A DNA stretch of 64,000 nt. It comes from Psammoneis japonica. Taxonomy: Eukaryota. The notes below the pieces were generated by a model. That model ran no database searches. It was given only the letters and a program-made list of their open reading frames with translations, and was not told the DNA's origin. Positions within the stretch are counted from its first letter, which is position 1. Each line of letters starts with the position of its first letter. The translations under genes were made by a program, and so were the position numbers. The stretch covers positions 1-64,000 of the forward strand of contig QPGO01000297.1 of NCBI GenBank assembly GCA_008632985.1, in the 5' to 3' direction. Below, in pieces: positions 62,460 to 64,000 of this stretch.

Positions 62460-62957
62460 CTCGACCGCTACATACGGTATTATAATACCTCCTATGCTAC
62501 AGTACACATGAATGTTCCCCAGTGTGATCATTATTCTACTTTCCATGACACCTTCACTGACCCGGCGCTGTCAAGTTTGAACGAGTAGGCAAGGAGCAGG
62601 TCGCTCATTTAAAATTGTCAGTCCGTTGTTACGAAGTATCCTTGCTCGTATTTTGTTCCTCAGCACACGGTGCATTGTGAGATCACTGCGCAGTCATGTT
62701 CAATCGCTGTAAAGTCCTAAAGCATGGGTCGAGGTTCGAGAGATGTATTCGCTGTCTTTCACTGGTGTGTCTCTCTCTATCTCTCTCTGGTAATCCTAAT
62801 TGTGTCGTTCCGTCCGATGCCTTCTCTTCACTCCTCGTTTCCGCACTTATCAAAATCTTATTTTGGGAGCCTTGCATGTTTTGGGAGCCTTGCAGGTTTT
62901 AAATATGTGTACGTTTAGAGAGAAAACCACCCTTGCTTTCTTCTTTTCAGCCACAAA

Positions 62958-64000
62958 TCATGGATCCAAGCCACCTGCTTTGGGGTGGTGAATGACGAAA
63001 TGGTTGCAAACGACCTCCAACTTGTACCCCAAATCGCTGTGCATTTCCATAAACCAACTCGTCTCGTTGTATTCGAATCCACGTCGTGACCAGTTGTACT
63101 GTGGTAAACCGTGTCGATAGGCCACCACCACGTGGGGCGGTTCCAAAAAGCCTTCTTCTAGTATTGGATACGAGAACTCGACAGTATCAAGTCGGTACCA
63201 GTTTTTGGCAAAATGATTGCCGGCACCATGATGGCCTCCGACCGCGTGAAACGGAGCCGCTTCATCCTTTTGAACAAGTGCCAACAATTCTTGTTTGGAA
63301 ATGGGCATGATGGATTGTTTTGCAAGGGCATTACCTTTTCTTGTGGACGACGTGAATGGACTCAATCGCTCAAAAGCAGGCAGCATATAGAGTGTCTTGT
63401 GTATCAGACCGTCTCGAAAGTCATGGGTGTCAAGAGCAGCCTTGAGTGAGACATATGCTGCGGCATCCGGAACAAACTCGACATTATTAACGAACAACAG
63501 CAAGTAGTCGCTCTCGATGGAATTCATGGCCAGGTTTCTCAACTGATTCGTCGGATAGTAATCGAGGTTTGCCTCCCAAAAAGAATATGAATAGACGTTT
63601 TTGTCAATTTTTCGCCATGACTTGTTACAAAGGATTCCAGTGCTGAGATGTGATGCATGCTTTGAATAAGAATGGCACACGAGACGGGGCCTCCCCACTG
63701 TTTGATTAGATACAAGAGATTGTCGAGATTGTCCGTTGAAGCGTGTGTGACCAAAGTAATGTCGTGTTTTTGTACCGGTCTTTTACTCGGAAAGGCGTTC
63801 GACAATTCAAGAGAAGAAGAACCTTTATCAGCAAGAGTACGAAGCATAATTTGCAGTGGCGCTCTCATTTCTCTGGGATGGACGGATCGAGACACAGGGA
63901 AAAACGTTCTCAGAATGAGCAAAAATGATATAACAGCAAGAAGCAACAGTGTGCATGCTCCTTTTGCTATTCGAAATACTTTTGATTTGTCATTTCTTTT
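62958..64000 (-). pseudogene. GT49 (LARGE/B4GAT1-like) glycosyltransferase, frameshifted near 63580; start at or beyond the window end
   Basis: N-terminal TM and DITLVTH..WGGPVSCAI in one frame; YPTNQLRNLA, LPAFE and FVIHHP in another. The DxD position reads NVE. Confidence 0.65.

Overview
Eukaryotic nuclear DNA, most likely a diatom: short GT-AG introns, signal peptide + F/W bipartite plastid-targeting presequences, CoDi-like Ty1/copia and CRE-like non-LTR relics, and membrane-anchored LRR proteins. The window alternates between two sequence states. (i) Normal gene islands carry a Tyr/Trp-type permease, F-box-like proteins, MetRS, two LRR + F5/8-type-C paralogs, a MYND protein, a DIX-domain protein, DUF2269, an FG-GAP/ASPIC-like protein, an RbgA/MTG1-like GTPase, a thylakoid-lumen protein and a GT49-like glycosyltransferase. 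(ii) Multi-kb domains (about 1-1080, 16000-24200, 26480-37500, 39050-41050, 44850-49450, 53800-56580, 60850-61640) hold decayed transposons and duplicated host genes in which both CpG and TpA have been largely converted to TpG/CpA. CpG loss fits 5mC deamination. TpA-to-TpG/CpA conversion does not, and it runs opposite to fungal RIP. It is directly visible by aligning duplicated copies within the window, it extends beyond the CpG-depleted cores, and it appears context-biased. This putative repeat-directed 'TpA-erasing' hypermutation is the main candidate for an undescribed system. Domain boundaries, alignments and dinucleotide statements were made by eye, not computed, and family assignments come from motif recognition, not database searches.
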